From contig JALAGF010004003.1 of NCBI GenBank assembly GCA_030167865.1, positions 62,001 through 126,000 of the forward strand: DNA of 64,000 nucleotides, in the 5' to 3' direction. The notes beneath the pieces are model-generated. The model made no database searches. It was not told the DNA's origin and was given only the letters and a program-made list of their open reading frames with translations. Shown piece after piece: positions 32,066-45,000 of this stretch. The stretch's first letter is position 1. The number at the start of each line of letters is the position of its first letter. Source of the DNA: Craspedostauros australis. Taxonomy: Eukaryota. A program made the translations under genes and the position numbers.

Positions 32066-32505
32066 TCTCACCGACACCATCAAACCAAACAACAGCACAT
32101 GCAACCCAAAGAATCGACGAAACCGCAGAAAGAAACGCAGAGAGGAGATGAAGAAGAACATCGCGGATCGACCTTCAAACCCCAACAACCAACCGATGGT
32201 GGGAGATTCAAGGAGGAGCAAGGAAGCGTTCATCCGAATCCAAAGCACATCCACCAACCACATCTTGCGTGTTCACACATTCTGCTCTTTGCAAACCCAT
32301 CACTGTCAGCACAACGTCCATTCCATCCCATTCAACCCCATTCCAACACAACAATCTCATCTACGTCATCTCATCTCATCCCACCTCAACATTCCATTCA
32401 CTTCGCTCAGCCTCACTGACACCGAAGTTACCAACAGCATTTGTCGATAGTACACCGCATAACACAATCACGATCACAATCACAACCATGACCATGACCA
32501 TGACC

Positions 32506-33538
32506 ATGAACAAACTCTCGATCGCATCCACCGTGATGATGATGATGATGCCATCCTCATCGAATGCATTCATCGTGACAACGACCTCAACTGCGTCACA
32601 CCGCACGATCACATCGTTGGCCGACATCATTTCCCCATTCGATGCGAACGGCAATGATTCGGCGGCGGCCACCACCACTGCCACTTCTCCACCAGGTCCC
32701 ATGGGCGCCGGCGATGGCACAACGTTGGACCTCACATGGGAGAATGTGGATATGGTGCTCGAAGAGATGCGACCCTACCTCATTCAGGATGGCGGCAACG
32801 TCGCCATTGCCGAAATTGATGGACCTGTCGTGAGGTTAGAATTGCAGGTACGTTCCAGGTAGCGTATTTGCTTGCTTGCTTCTTTGTTGGTACTGGTTTG
32901 TGCGGAGTCGATTCAGGTCGAGCAATCATACGAGTGCAACACAGGCAACAAGCGCAATCTAGAGTGGCAGAGCATTAGCGTATTGGCACATCAACAACGA
33001 AGGCAGTCCCTGTCGAGTGATCGTGTCCTCGTCTTGTGTAATTGTGCCGCAGTATTCAATCATTCTTCCTGTGTCTACATCTCCCCTCACTCATGTATTG
33101 CCTGAACTGGAAACCAACGAAAACTACTGCAATGGCAACGACTGTCAAAAACAACAACAACAACAACAACGACAGGGAGCCTGCGGAACGTGCCCTTCAT
33201 CCACGCAGACGATGAAGATGGGATTGGAGCGTGGATTGCGCGAACGCATCCCGGAGATCCAGGAGGTCATCCAGGCCATGCCGGAGGGACCGCCCTTGGA
33301 GGAGGAGCAGATTGAGCTCGTGCTGGACGGCGTGCGTCCATTCCTGCAGGTCGCCGGTGGGTCCATCGACATCGATCGCATCGAGGGTGCCAACGGCGTG
33401 CAGCCCACCATCTGGCTCAACATGCAGGGCGCCTCGTCGTCTCTCAACAGTGTCAAGCTCGAGATCGCGCAACGTCTGCAACGACACTTCATGATCGCTG
33501 GTCTTTACGTCGAGTGGGTGGGTGACGATGAGTTCTAA
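32506..33538 (+). CDS. Plastid NFU-type Fe-S cluster carrier (two NifU-C domains); 2 exons
   Basis: Exons 32506-32847 and 33176-33538 give 234 aa. Presequence ending [25 protein letters not shown]...[13 protein letters not shown]. The second domain ([14 protein letters not shown]) lacks CxxC, as in plant NFU1-3. Alternative in-frame ATGs from 32488. Confidence 0.93.
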
Positions 33539-34080
33539 AATGAAATTGCGACTTGCATCCATTGCAGCTCATACACAGAGAAACAAGTATTATATGTGCA
33601 TACGCAGAGACACCGAGAAACAGATGGAAAAATGAAACAGAGAGTGATACGATGTCTGGCTTCGCACTCCGAAATCAATAGAACGACACGATCAAACGAA
33701 GAGAAAAGGACATCGTCAACCGAGAACTACCATACCGATGGACTCCAGAGTACGAGTATTCTGGAGGACCAGACAATTGCAAAGTAACGTGAATTGATGT
33801 TTCCAACCGTAACCACAACCCCAACACATCAATCTCAGTGCATTCACAAATCACCACGCTCCTGCTAGTATGACCTCAGTAACTCTGACCACAATTATAA
33901 TATATTCATCCGCAAGTTGATTGCTTCGTAAGCTTGGGGCTTGCATTCGGTTGTTGAAGTACGAGTAGTAGACATAATAAGCGCAACTGCCTTCGTGCAC
34001 GTGTTGGTGTTTGGATCAAGGACGAACATGTCCCATGGAGCACCAGCGCAGTCTCTCGTTCTGTCTTGTTCACTGTTCAT

Positions 34081-37000
34081 CTAGTCATCGTGTCTCCGTC
34101 TCTTTGCAGCCCGCAAGTCTTCCTCTTCGTACTCCACATGGAGCGAGTCATCATCGTCGTCGTCGTCATCATCATCATCGTAGTTGTCATCCACGTCCAT
34201 GTCCATGTCTCCAGGTCCCAACCCTTGTGGGGGTGCAGTGATCATGCGCTCGCCTTCTGGCACGTAGCTGAAGAACAGCTTCCCATCGTCCATGTCGTAT
34301 TGGATTCTGTAGCTGGCGTCTTTCGAGATCGCCAACGAGTATGCGCGGACTTGTGCGGGGTCCTGTGGAAAGTTAAAAAGTTCAGTTGCGTCAGTGTGAC
34401 GTTGTGTGCATGTGTCATTTGATGGTGTGATTAGCAGATGGTGAGGTAAAGTGACGACCCAAACAGAGATAGCACAGAGTGAGTATGACGATCGAGTAAG
34501 CACGCAGGTAAAATTGAGAACTCCATGGCACACAGGCAGGCCATAGATAACGTCGCCATGATGCGCCAGGTGCAGGAATTGGAGGTGCAGCAGCAGCCAT
34601 GACAGAAACAACATGTTCGAAGCCTCCACTTACCATGCCTGTGAATTGACCGTAGTCATGCAGGGTCAGAAGCAAATCCTCCTTTCCGACATGCACCAAC
34701 GTGTTGGCGCACTTTTCGACCAGCTTGGGCAAAGCCACGAGATCGTGGACGCGAGTTTTCGTCACGCGACGGCACAGTGTTTCGAACTGCTTGGGTTCCA
34801 TCGTTCCTTTCACCACTTTCTTCAATGCAGTCACGACCGTCATGAAATCCAGCTTAGTTATGCTGGCCTTGGCTTCTTGCGTCTTGGATGGGTTGTAGTA
34901 TTTGCTGGACGCCTCCGAAGCAGAATCGATTGGCTTGATCGTGAGCTCCAAGTTTTCCAAAATCGAGATCAGCATGCTAAACAGCCGCATGAAGAGGTAG
35001 ACACTCTGCGAACCGAACAGCACCTTGAATCTCTTGTCAAGGCGGGCCTCCTGTCCCCTCCCCTTGTACAGACCTTCTGCCAGAACCATTGCGCCGTTCT
35101 TTCGGATGTACGTAGTCTTGTCAGTGTCAGAAATTCCGTGCAGGATGGCGGATGGCGAGAATGTGCCCATGCCGTACCCAAGCTTGACTTTGTAGTGCCC
35201 CTCTGCCTCTGATGCTTGCTTGGAGTACCCAACGATGGTGCCTTCCCCGTACGCTGTTTGAACGCGTTGTCCCTTTGCGAAATGCACAACGTTGCTGCTG
35301 GATTTGCCGCGGGAACTGTTCCTCACTTCTGCGGCCACCCATTCCGGCGGGTACTCGAAGAATGGGATCACGAACTCGGACCAGATGCGCCCGATTCGTT
35401 CCCGGTCGGACATGTTCCTGCTGGTGCGATGGATGACCTGAGGGATGAGAAGTTGAACTGCGTGGAAGTGGCTCATGGAGTTGGGATCCAGCTGGATAGA
35501 GAGATGTGGCTGGAACATGAGCGCTGTCGTGTCCATGCACGCCAACGCGAATTCGGCACCAGTGTCTTTCTGCTTCTCGCCGTCGTTGAGGTAAGATCGG
35601 ACATCCTGACATTCGTCGAGGAGGACGTCAGGCATGAAGGCGCTCTCCTTTTCCTTGCTTCGGAAGAAGCACTGGTGGTCGAAGCTCCCTTCGTAGTTCG
35701 AGTCTTGGATTTCGCGCCACTTCTCCGAGAGCTCCAGCTTCACCTTCCGCCATTCGCTATCCTTCTGCCGCAGCCGTTGGTACACGATCGGGAGCACAGC
35801 CAACGGATTGCGGGACAGATGCTCGATGATCTCGTCCCCGTGCTCACCGTAGATACGACCGATGGCATTGATTTGGATGGACTTGAAGGTGCGACCCTTC
35901 AGGTTGTACTGCAATCGACCGATGGGTTGCCCATCCTTCTCTTCCACCTCACGCAGCTTGGACACTTCTTGCGCGATGGGCTCCATCTGCCTCATGGCCG
36001 ACGCATTACGCTCGATGGCCATGTCCATCTCGAAGCGTTCGTCTTCTATCCGGAACATCACCTCTTCGTACGTATTGCGTCTCGCCCGGACACCGTCGTA
36101 GTCCTCTGGTGACATGCGATGGCGGTGCTTGCCGTACGCCAAGCAGATATACTTGCTGTTCAGAACTTTGGCGTCTTCCTCGGTTTGACCAGTGTTGGAG
36201 ATGAAGAAATCACGCGGGTAGTCATCCGGGTAGGACACGTACGACGGCGTTGGTCGTTCACAATTCTGGAAGTCGAAATCATGCGTGCGGATGGAACCGT
36301 ACTTCGACTTGTCTCTCAAGGTCATTTCCTGCTTCGCGTATGGCCCTCTTCCCACAAGGATCTGTCGCGGTTGCATGCATGAGGATTGGTATGTGGGCGA
36401 GTGTTTGAAAATGGATGAGCCGAAATTCCAGCAAACCATCGAATTGGACGGTGAGACGCAACATAAGTTTGGTTCCATGGCAAAGCAATGGAGAGGAGGA
36501 TGATTCATCACAATGGAACGAGTATTCCATCAACGCGCATGCAATAGGATGCGCCAACGGTGTCACAGACTCCAGCACGCCGCGGAAGCAAACGACCACA
36601 AAATTCCATAGCACGCTTACCTCTTCAAATTCACGAATCAACTCATGCGCATCGTCGGCGATGGACGGGTTGCAGGCGCCGCCGCCAGCGTTGACTCCAC
36701 TCTTCGGGGCATGTCCCTGGATGAACAGCCCGCGCAGCAACAGAACGAGCTCGTCCTTGTTGAGCACGCCTGCGCCAAACAGGTGAAGACACTTCAAGAA
36801 CTCCGTGTGCGGGGTGTGCCGACGCGAGCCTGCAGGCTTGTCTGGTGCCAATTCCTTGCGGTTGAGATGCTTCTTGGCGCGTTCGAAGAAGGCAGTCTCG
36901 GCTGTCGTCGGTTGGATGGGGAGAGGTGGGAGCATGGTTGGCCGTCCCTTTTTGGCGGCAGCTTCTTTGACCGACAAGTCACGCTGACGAGGTGGTCGCA

Positions 37001-38444
37001 CAGGTGCGAATGACACTTTCCCAAAGACAGAATTGCTGTGGATCGACCATTCGCGCTCCGCACTGCGTCCCATGGTTGCCCCGAACGGGATCGGCGCCTG
37101 TGGCTGCGGCGGAGCGGGTGCTGGCGCTGCCACCGGTGCTCGTGGAGGACGAGGGGGTGGCGGTGGATGTTCTCGGACGTGACGAACGGGTTGGACAGGC
37201 GGTGGTGGTGGTGGCGGCGGCGGTGCTTGAACTGCGGGCTGCATCTGGCCACGGCGCATCCCCTGCGCCTGATTCATGATGGCCTGTTTCGACGAAGCAG
37301 CCCGCTTGCGGGCCTCTGATTCCTTCGCCACCTGATCGAGCTGTGCCTTGGCCTGCGCTTGGACGGCATCGGGCAAAAAGAAAGTGAACTGTTTCAGCAA
37401 ATCCGGATGCTCGGAAAACAGAACTGAAACTTCATCCAGCACCTCCTTGATGCCTCTCTGCTCCTTTTGGTAGGTGTGGAGGATCTCCAGAAACTTCTTG
37501 TACGTCTCCGGTTCGCCGGCAAAACGCTTTTTGATTGTGGTGACGTAGTTGATGGCATGGTCAAACTCCATCGGTGGCTGTGCCGCGCCTGCTGCATGCC
37601 CTGCGCCTGGTTGCTGCTGCTGCTGTTGTTGTTGCTGCGCTACGGGTGGTGGCTGCTGTTGCTGTGCTCCCGGCGGTGGCTGCTGCGGTTGTTGCATTGC
37701 TGGTGGCTGTGGCTGCTGCTGTTGGTGGAGGTGCCCATGATCCTGCTGTTGCTGTTGATGCTGTTGTTCGGGTTGATTGGCGGCTGCATCCGCATCGCCC
37801 TGTCGCATGTGCTGAAAGCCAGGTCCTCCCGGCCGCATCCCTCCGCCGTGATAGGATTCCATGCCAGGATACGCGCGTTCGGCTGCCTCCTGCGCGCCCG
37901 CCAACTGCGCATGCGATGGCATCGAGGGAGCCCCTCTTCCTTGGACGGCTGCTGGGTGGTGCGGTGGCAGCTGGCCGTTCTGTGACAACACCGCCTGCGG
38001 GGCGCCGTTGGGTGGACCAGTGCCCGCGAGATTCGTGCTGGAGTGTCGTCGGATGGACACCTCCGATGGTGGACCGCCGACATCCCCAGGTCTGGCGGGT
38101 TGGTCACCGGGGATGCCCATCGGGAAGAAGGTGGCCCCCGGCCCGGTGATGACATGCGTGACTGTATCCCCTGGTGCGCGGTATGTGGCAACAGGCGGAC
38201 CGTTGCCTTCGGGGAGCTCGATCTTGTAGCCCTCGGGAAGGAAGGTGTTGAATCCCAGCACGAGTTTGCGATTGCCCTGGAAGAGATTGGACACGCGGCG
38301 GATCACACCGGGAGTGTCGATCTGCTGCGTTTTGAACGTTTTCATAATCTCCAAAAACTCATTGTAAATCTGCGGCCGATCTCCGAACTCCACCTTCACT
38401 TGGTCAAGATAGAGCAGCGCATCTTCAACCCGTAGCTCCCTCAT
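34081..38444 (-). CDS. SIN3: SIN3 corepressor (paired amphipathic helix protein); 3 exons
   Basis: Exons 38444-36621, 36361-34634 and 34362-34081 give 1277 aa. PAH1 [14 protein letters not shown]...[12 protein letters not shown]...[16 protein letters not shown]2 [16 protein letters not shown]...[16 protein letters not shown]-interaction region TPSY...[18 protein letters not shown]. Confidence 0.95.
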
Positions 38445-40909
38445 CGCTGCTGTTGTTATTGTTGCCGGTGGTGCGTGTGTTGCGTTTGCTGCGTGTGTTG
38501 TGACTGGTGTTGGTGGTGGTGTTGGTGATATCGGTGGTGCGTCAAGTGCGGTTCTCCTTCCGATGCGAGTCCTGTTGCCGCAGTACCAGACGTTGGTGGT
38601 CCGCCAGCTTGCTTCTGCTGGATCAGAACGATTATTTCGCTGCAAGGATCCCTCGCTTGATCGTCCGATCGATCGAATGCTGTTGCAAGATGATGCACAA
38701 GTGGCTGTGTCTGTGCTGACGCCTCCCTCTGCGATCTCCGAGTGCTTGGTTGGCTGTGCGCTTACGAGTATGAAGATGTTGAAGATGTTCGCAGTCTCAA
38801 GCGTGTTGAAACGAAGCAATCCTCAAACACGGTAAGGCCGATGGAAGTGCTTCTGATGCTGTTGCTGTTGCTGCTGCCGTTTCGTGATGTGTGAGCGAGG
38901 GTTGACTTGCTCACGGCGTCGCCTGCTGAGACAAAACGGAAGCGATGCCTCACTGTGTCCACGGATCGGAACGAAGAGACGAAGGCAAAGAGGAACGATT
39001 GGAAGATGCGTAGAGCACAGCTGAGCACAGTAGAGTACAGTAGAGTACCGCCATGTACGGGTATTGGTATGGTGTAACGTATGTTGGGGAGCAGCAATTG
39101 CATGAGGCAGGAGATGTTGTTGGTGAGTGGCGTTGCTTGTGATGTCTTGTCTCGTGCCGCAGTCGCGCCGCGCTCGCGATTTTTGATCGGTTGATCAGTC
39201 GATCGATCCACTCCAGCCAATTGTGGCGGTTCGGCGTCGTCTGTTGAGCTGTTCGGGATCGTTCGTTTTTGCTTCGTTGGTCATTTTTGGGCTCGTGGGG
39301 CGAAGTGTCAACCAAATCGCAAATCACGAAACCGCAAAATGGAAAAAATCGACGCACCACCGCGCGACGCGATGTGCAGCGGTCGGTTGAAGCTCTTCTG
39401 TGCGACACAAACCGCCAGCGAAAAATGCGAAGAGGTTGCTGTGACGTCATAACGTGGTCGTCTGAATCGAACAATGTGTCACGGACAAATATCTCGACAA
39501 CCACCACCAACAGCGTTGTCGTTGAATCGGCGGAACGGCCCATCCATCAAAAGGGAGAGGAGAGGGAGACACGGGGATGGGAACAACCCGACCTCTTTTT
39601 TCGATCATGTGTCTGTCTTTCTGTCTCCTTGCGGTTCCCACCCGTTCCTGGGTGACGGCATGATGATGCCTCAGGCGGTCCAACGGCATCCGAGGATCCA
39701 CGGGGCGACCATGGAGCAACCGAACCATGGAGATGGCACAGACAACGACGTGCCCCTCTCCTGTTCAGGTTGCGGTTGGTTCCATGGCCAGGATCGAGGC
39801 AATGCGATGCAGTGTCTGTTGGCGTCATTTGGTTGGAGTCGCGTTCTTGACGCCAACCTCCCGATGCACCATCATTGCATTGCGCGACCGCGCGGCAGCG
39901 CGCGAAGCGCCCACGAGAGATTCAAAGCGCCACGGTCCCAATCCCACTTTCACTTCAATGCCCATCTCTTCTGCTCACCTTTGAATTGCGCTGCGTCTGC
40001 GAATGAGACCGCCGTCACGTCGATGCGATGATGTTGTTGATGGCGATGTTGATGTTGGTGATGCTTGTGATGGATGCATGTGCTTCGCCCTTGCGGTCTC
40101 TTGTTTGGCTTGGTTTGTGTTGTTCTCGAGGTTGCTTTTGTCGTCGCTGTTGTTTTGGTTCGGCAAGGGTGCATCCGCTTGTGTCGCCATGTGTGTCTGC
40201 GCGATCGTGCTCTGAGCTGGGCGCGCGGTTGGATGCAATTGTGCGCGCGAAGCGAGAGCGAATCCCAACAACTCACCGAAGATTGCCCTTTCGTTTTGAC
40301 GTGTCTGTGACTGAGACTGAACCAAACCTCTGTCGTGTATCATTACGGGACTCGATCTCGAACACCAGACAACACCATGACGCAATCTGGCGTTCTCATT
40401 GGCTGCAGACGCACGAAAGACGAATGACGGAATTTGGTTCCACAAGAGAGAGAGAAGCAGCGAACGGAGCAGCGACTTTTATCAATGACACGTTGAGTCA
40501 GGTCACGAGAAGACATATAAGCGAACACCCATGACTGGAAGAGAAAAACCGTTGGCTTTGGTCACGAGCCCGTCATCGCCAAGGAACAGCGTTTCCGTTT
40601 TCGTGCTGTCCGTCGTGTCACATTTTCAATTCCTTTTCTCGCGGTTTCGGATTCAAACCAAACGGTGAAGCGTTGTTGTTCGTTTGCGGAACAGCCACAG
40701 CATTTGTCGCAGGACGGACACCCCCATCGCGCCGTGATGACCTCTCGGAAAGAACAAATCCAAAACAGCGACCCCCTTCGCCGTCACATTCCCACGATGC
40801 TCATAATTCACCTTCAAGGCCTTTCCGATTCCATCCTTACACCCTTACACCCTCACACCCATCTATCCATTCGATCGAACAATCAATCGAACAACTGACT
40901 GAAGCAACC

Positions 40910-41654
40910 ATGACATACAGCGCAAACGACAACCAAAACTACTTCGTCCAGGCTGGACGCCCGACGTCGAGAGTCCTCGCCCCTCCAGGCGGAGCATCGT
41001 CCTTCAGCATCGGAGGATGGACGCCCGCAGAACTCCAGCGACAGCGCGAAGCCGCGGCTGCGAGAGAGGCAGCCGCTGCAGCAAAGGCATCTGAAGCACC
41101 ACGTCAAGGTACGTCTGGTCGTATGAACCGAGTTGGAGACGAAACGATGTGATCGGATCGAGAACAAGATTTGATTCTTCTGCAGTGCACCAGTGTTCAT
41201 GGCTTCATCGCATCACATGGCACCAACCGTCTAACCAAAACTCATTCCTAATCGCTGCGATTTCCCAAATGTGATACTCTATTCGCATCCGGCTCCCACA
41301 AAACCTAACGACGACACCAACAACAACAATCGATGATCCATCAATACATGCGGGTTCACGTGCACTTGCCATTCGTTATACTGGTGTACACACGTCGCAG
41401 AAGAATCAAAGGAGAAGGAGAACGCCGTCGTCGCACCCAACGTCGATAAGCCAGCTGCAACCAAAACCGAGGCCCCCGAAGTTGCCAAGCCATCATTGCC
41501 AAATACAGTGATCGGTTCCGCTCCGCCCGGTCCAGTCAGCGCCAATGCGTTTGCCTCTGGCAGTACAATGAACTCGTGCAATGTCTCCACCGGACGTCCA
41601 ACATCGCGCGTGCTTGCACCGCCAGGTGGTCACTGTTCCATTCGCCTCGGTTGA
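40910..41654 (+). CDS. SPIRAL1/HN1(Jupiter)-like small microtubule-associated protein; 2 exons
   Basis: Exons 40910-41108 and 41401-41654 give 150 aa. Two copies of GRPTSRVLAPPGG(A/H)xS, one at each end, and VSANAFASGSTMNSCNV before the second. Exon 2 is missing from the supplied ORF track. Confidence 0.8.
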
Positions 41655-42015
41655 ATGCATTCTGGCAGCTCCACACGCGCCGCATGCTCAATCGACGGTA
41701 GAACGCACACGCCCAAGGCAAACCCAATCCAAAATGACAGCACCAATACCAACAACGCCCGTCCTTCAGACATCACTTCGGTTTTCCGATCCAGCGTCGA
41801 ATCCCAATGAAGAAATGCATCAGTACAATACACAACGTGATCAATCCATGATTGCGTACCCATTCAGAGTGGTTGACCAGCAAACTAGTACAACTGCATT
41901 CGAACACAACTGGTCGAATACAAGACACGTGTTTCTGTTGTTACGAGAATGGCGTTTCCCGTTCCTTTTAGCCTATTTGATAGCTTATCCCCTTCCCTGT
42001 GCATGGCCGCGAGGA

Positions 42016-45000
42016 CTACCAGAAATCCTCGACACAGGAATCCGTCTCTGTCGTTGCTGGTGTGGAACAGAGGTCAGGAATCTCCCCCTCCACAGTGATT
42101 GGTTGGCTTCCGCCGATGCTGTCCAACACCTGCGGGGAGTCGTTTTCGTTGGATTCCGTTGTTTGCGTTGCGTCGTCATGGCCGCGAGCCTGTGCGACAG
42201 GTTGTTGCACAGCGTTGTGACGACGATCATGTGTTGCTTCGCGCAGTGGTGATGCGGTCCCGTCCTTGCATGTAGTCACATTGCCCTCCATCGTGGATTC
42301 CAACTTGATGGGGTAGAATGGAGATTGGATGGTCGGATCTCTTGTGTATCCAGCGACTCCATTGCTGATCGTTTCATCGACACGAGGCTGATGTTGGACG
42401 GCAGCAGCTGTAGCTGCGGCTGCATCTGGTCGCAGCATAGATCGATTGGCATCAGGCTTTCGTTGCTGGCGTCTCGATGCCTTGGTGCTACACCATTCTG
42501 CCTCCAGGCGAGAGCACGGCGACAGATCATCCCGATCCGTGAATGCATTCGCACCAGCGATGACTTGGTCATCCGACGAGCGTTGGCCGGTCGAGTTTGC
42601 AGCTGGATTCATCACGTGTGGTGTTCGGTGCTCGGCCGATCCACGCCTTGTGTCTTGGGTTGAACCTCCAGCGACATGAGGCATGGTATCCACATCTACC
42701 CTTGCCTGTTCTCGCCCATGTCTCTTTGGGTGTTGAGTGTTGTGGATGTGCTGGGCAGCTGCGAGTCGGAGATTGTCTACAAACGGCGATCTGTGAGCAC
42801 CGGCTTTGGTTGGCGTGTGCAAGGATGGCGCGAGCGGGATCAGCGGCGGAGGGATCGGTTTCCCTGGTACGGACTGGATGCCTGGAAAGAATCCGTGCGG
42901 CGATCCCATTGGAAACGAGGAGATGGGTGATGCGTTGGCTGGGATCCTGGTGAACCTGGACGACTTGGGAGTTTTGATGTAGCTTTCGTTCCTGTGCATC
43001 GATTCTAGCATCGCCAATGCTGTTGCTTGTCTTTTGCGGTGTTGCTGATGATGAAGATCGGTAGGCCCGTAACTGTCATCGCGGTCGTTGTATGATGTGC
43101 CCGGTGTTGCTGCAACGACAGCAGGAGGTGGCGTGTATCCAACTGTTCCAGCGCTGTCACGAGTGCCGGTGCCAGAGTCGTTTGTACAATCGCTTCCGCA
43201 GGCACGTCGTCCGGCCTTGTCCACAGGCCGTTCCCCTCTAGCACAAGCTTGCTTGTTCACACGGCGCAACTTGAGCGAAGCCCAAGCAATTGCGATGGCC
43301 AGGACCACGCCGACGAAGGCGAGCACGTGAAGGGCCTGGTCGACGAGCACGAGCTTCTGTCGGATGTTTTGTTGCAATTGATTCCATTCAGCGCCATCGA
43401 AGTGTGCACGGGATTGCTCTTCCGCGCTCCCTGCCGGCATGATCGGCGGCGCGCGAGTCTTGGGTGGCCACGCCACTGGCTCAGCGTGCGCACATGTCAT
43501 CTTGCGAGGATTCTCTGCGAATAGATGCCTGGTCGACTCGAGCTGTGGCCCCATCGACTTTTCCTCTGTTTCTTCGTCGGGTACGACTTCTCTTTGGCTG
43601 TGAAGTGTTGTCTTCGACTCACCAGCCAGATTTCGGGACGAACTGTCGGTGTCATGTGTGCTCGTGGACGGCGTGGGGTCCTCATCCAAAGCCAAAGCCG
43701 AAGTGAAGACCACGGCTTGTTCGGCCGGATATGAACGAAATGCTGCCTGGCTAAGGTTGGATGCCAAGAGTGCGGTGCTCGTTGGAGCTGCGCCAGCGCG
43801 AAACGAGAGAGAATCGAAATGAGGGCACGTTGTTGTCATGGTCTGGTTCATGATGGTGATCGTGGCCGTCTGAGGCCAGTACTGATGCTGGTGCCTGAGT
43901 GGATCCCGTCGCTGCATCCGAAATGCAGGAGCGGATGGGAATGGAGATGACGACCCAAGAGGGCAGACAGTACCATTCGTTTTACCACAGTGGTTGGCCG
44001 CCACTCGAGTGGGTCTATATGCTTTGGTCTCGACCCGACGCATGGGATTCATGCCCGAAGTAAGGGCGGTACATTCCGCCGGTGATTGCCTCTCGTTGAC
44101 TCCACACATATTACGACCAGAATGGACGATGTGTCGGAGGAAGAGTTCATCAATTCTCTTCACCTCATCTTGCATTATCGTACATCCCTCTTCTTGACCA
44201 GCATCTTGTCCCTGCTCCTGTTTCTGATCTCGCTTGTTCCCCGTGGATTGTCCCTCGTTGTTCGTGTCTTGGAGTTCAGAGTAGCTTCTGCGTTGATCGA
44301 ACCCAACATCGTTTTGCTTCTCGTGCTGCCTGTCCACTCGTACCGCCTTCCTTCGTTGCACGATGCGATCCGTGAGTTCGTCATGAACCGATGACATGTC
44401 GAAGTGGAGAGTGGCCTCTGCGATCTTGGAAGCCTTGACTGGAACAATGTAGGTCGCCTCGGTGGGTTCGGTGAAGAAGGAATGGTGATCGCTAGTGGTG
44501 CCCTCGTCCCTGGCCTTCGAATCATCATCCAAATCGTCGGCATCCATCCCAAGACCCAACACATCCTGCGGCAGGGCATCGGAAGAGATGGACGATTGGC
44601 ACCCAGTCAGCTGCATCAGAACGTTGCGCTGCTTCGTCCAGATGCCAGAAGGATCATTGATGCTGATGACCGTCGCTTCATCGCAGGACATCGCGATTCG
44701 CTCTCTGTGCTGCGAGTGCATGACGAGCCGTGGCTCACGAGAGCCTGGGTTCCATGTTGTCGTGTCATTGTGGAGTGGTTCCAGCAGGCTGATGTTCGAT
44801 GCCTCCTGCTGTTGTTGCTGTTGTCGATGTTGTTGTTGTCGACGTTGCTGGTGTTGATGGATTGGTTCATGTTGAGTTTTGGGCAACTCTGGAAGCAAGC
44901 GGATGTGGCACGAAGTTTGCATCATCGACATGATCTCGGTGGCAAGAAAGCCAACATTCATGTGGTGCGCGCTCTTGTCGGTGGCTCCACCATTGTCAAC

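Noticed and set aside
35216..36112. 298-aa plus-strand ORF (similar cases at 30743-31486, 44404-45324, 54905-55750 and 57558-58490)
   Set aside because: Each overlaps a better-supported gene on the opposite strand.
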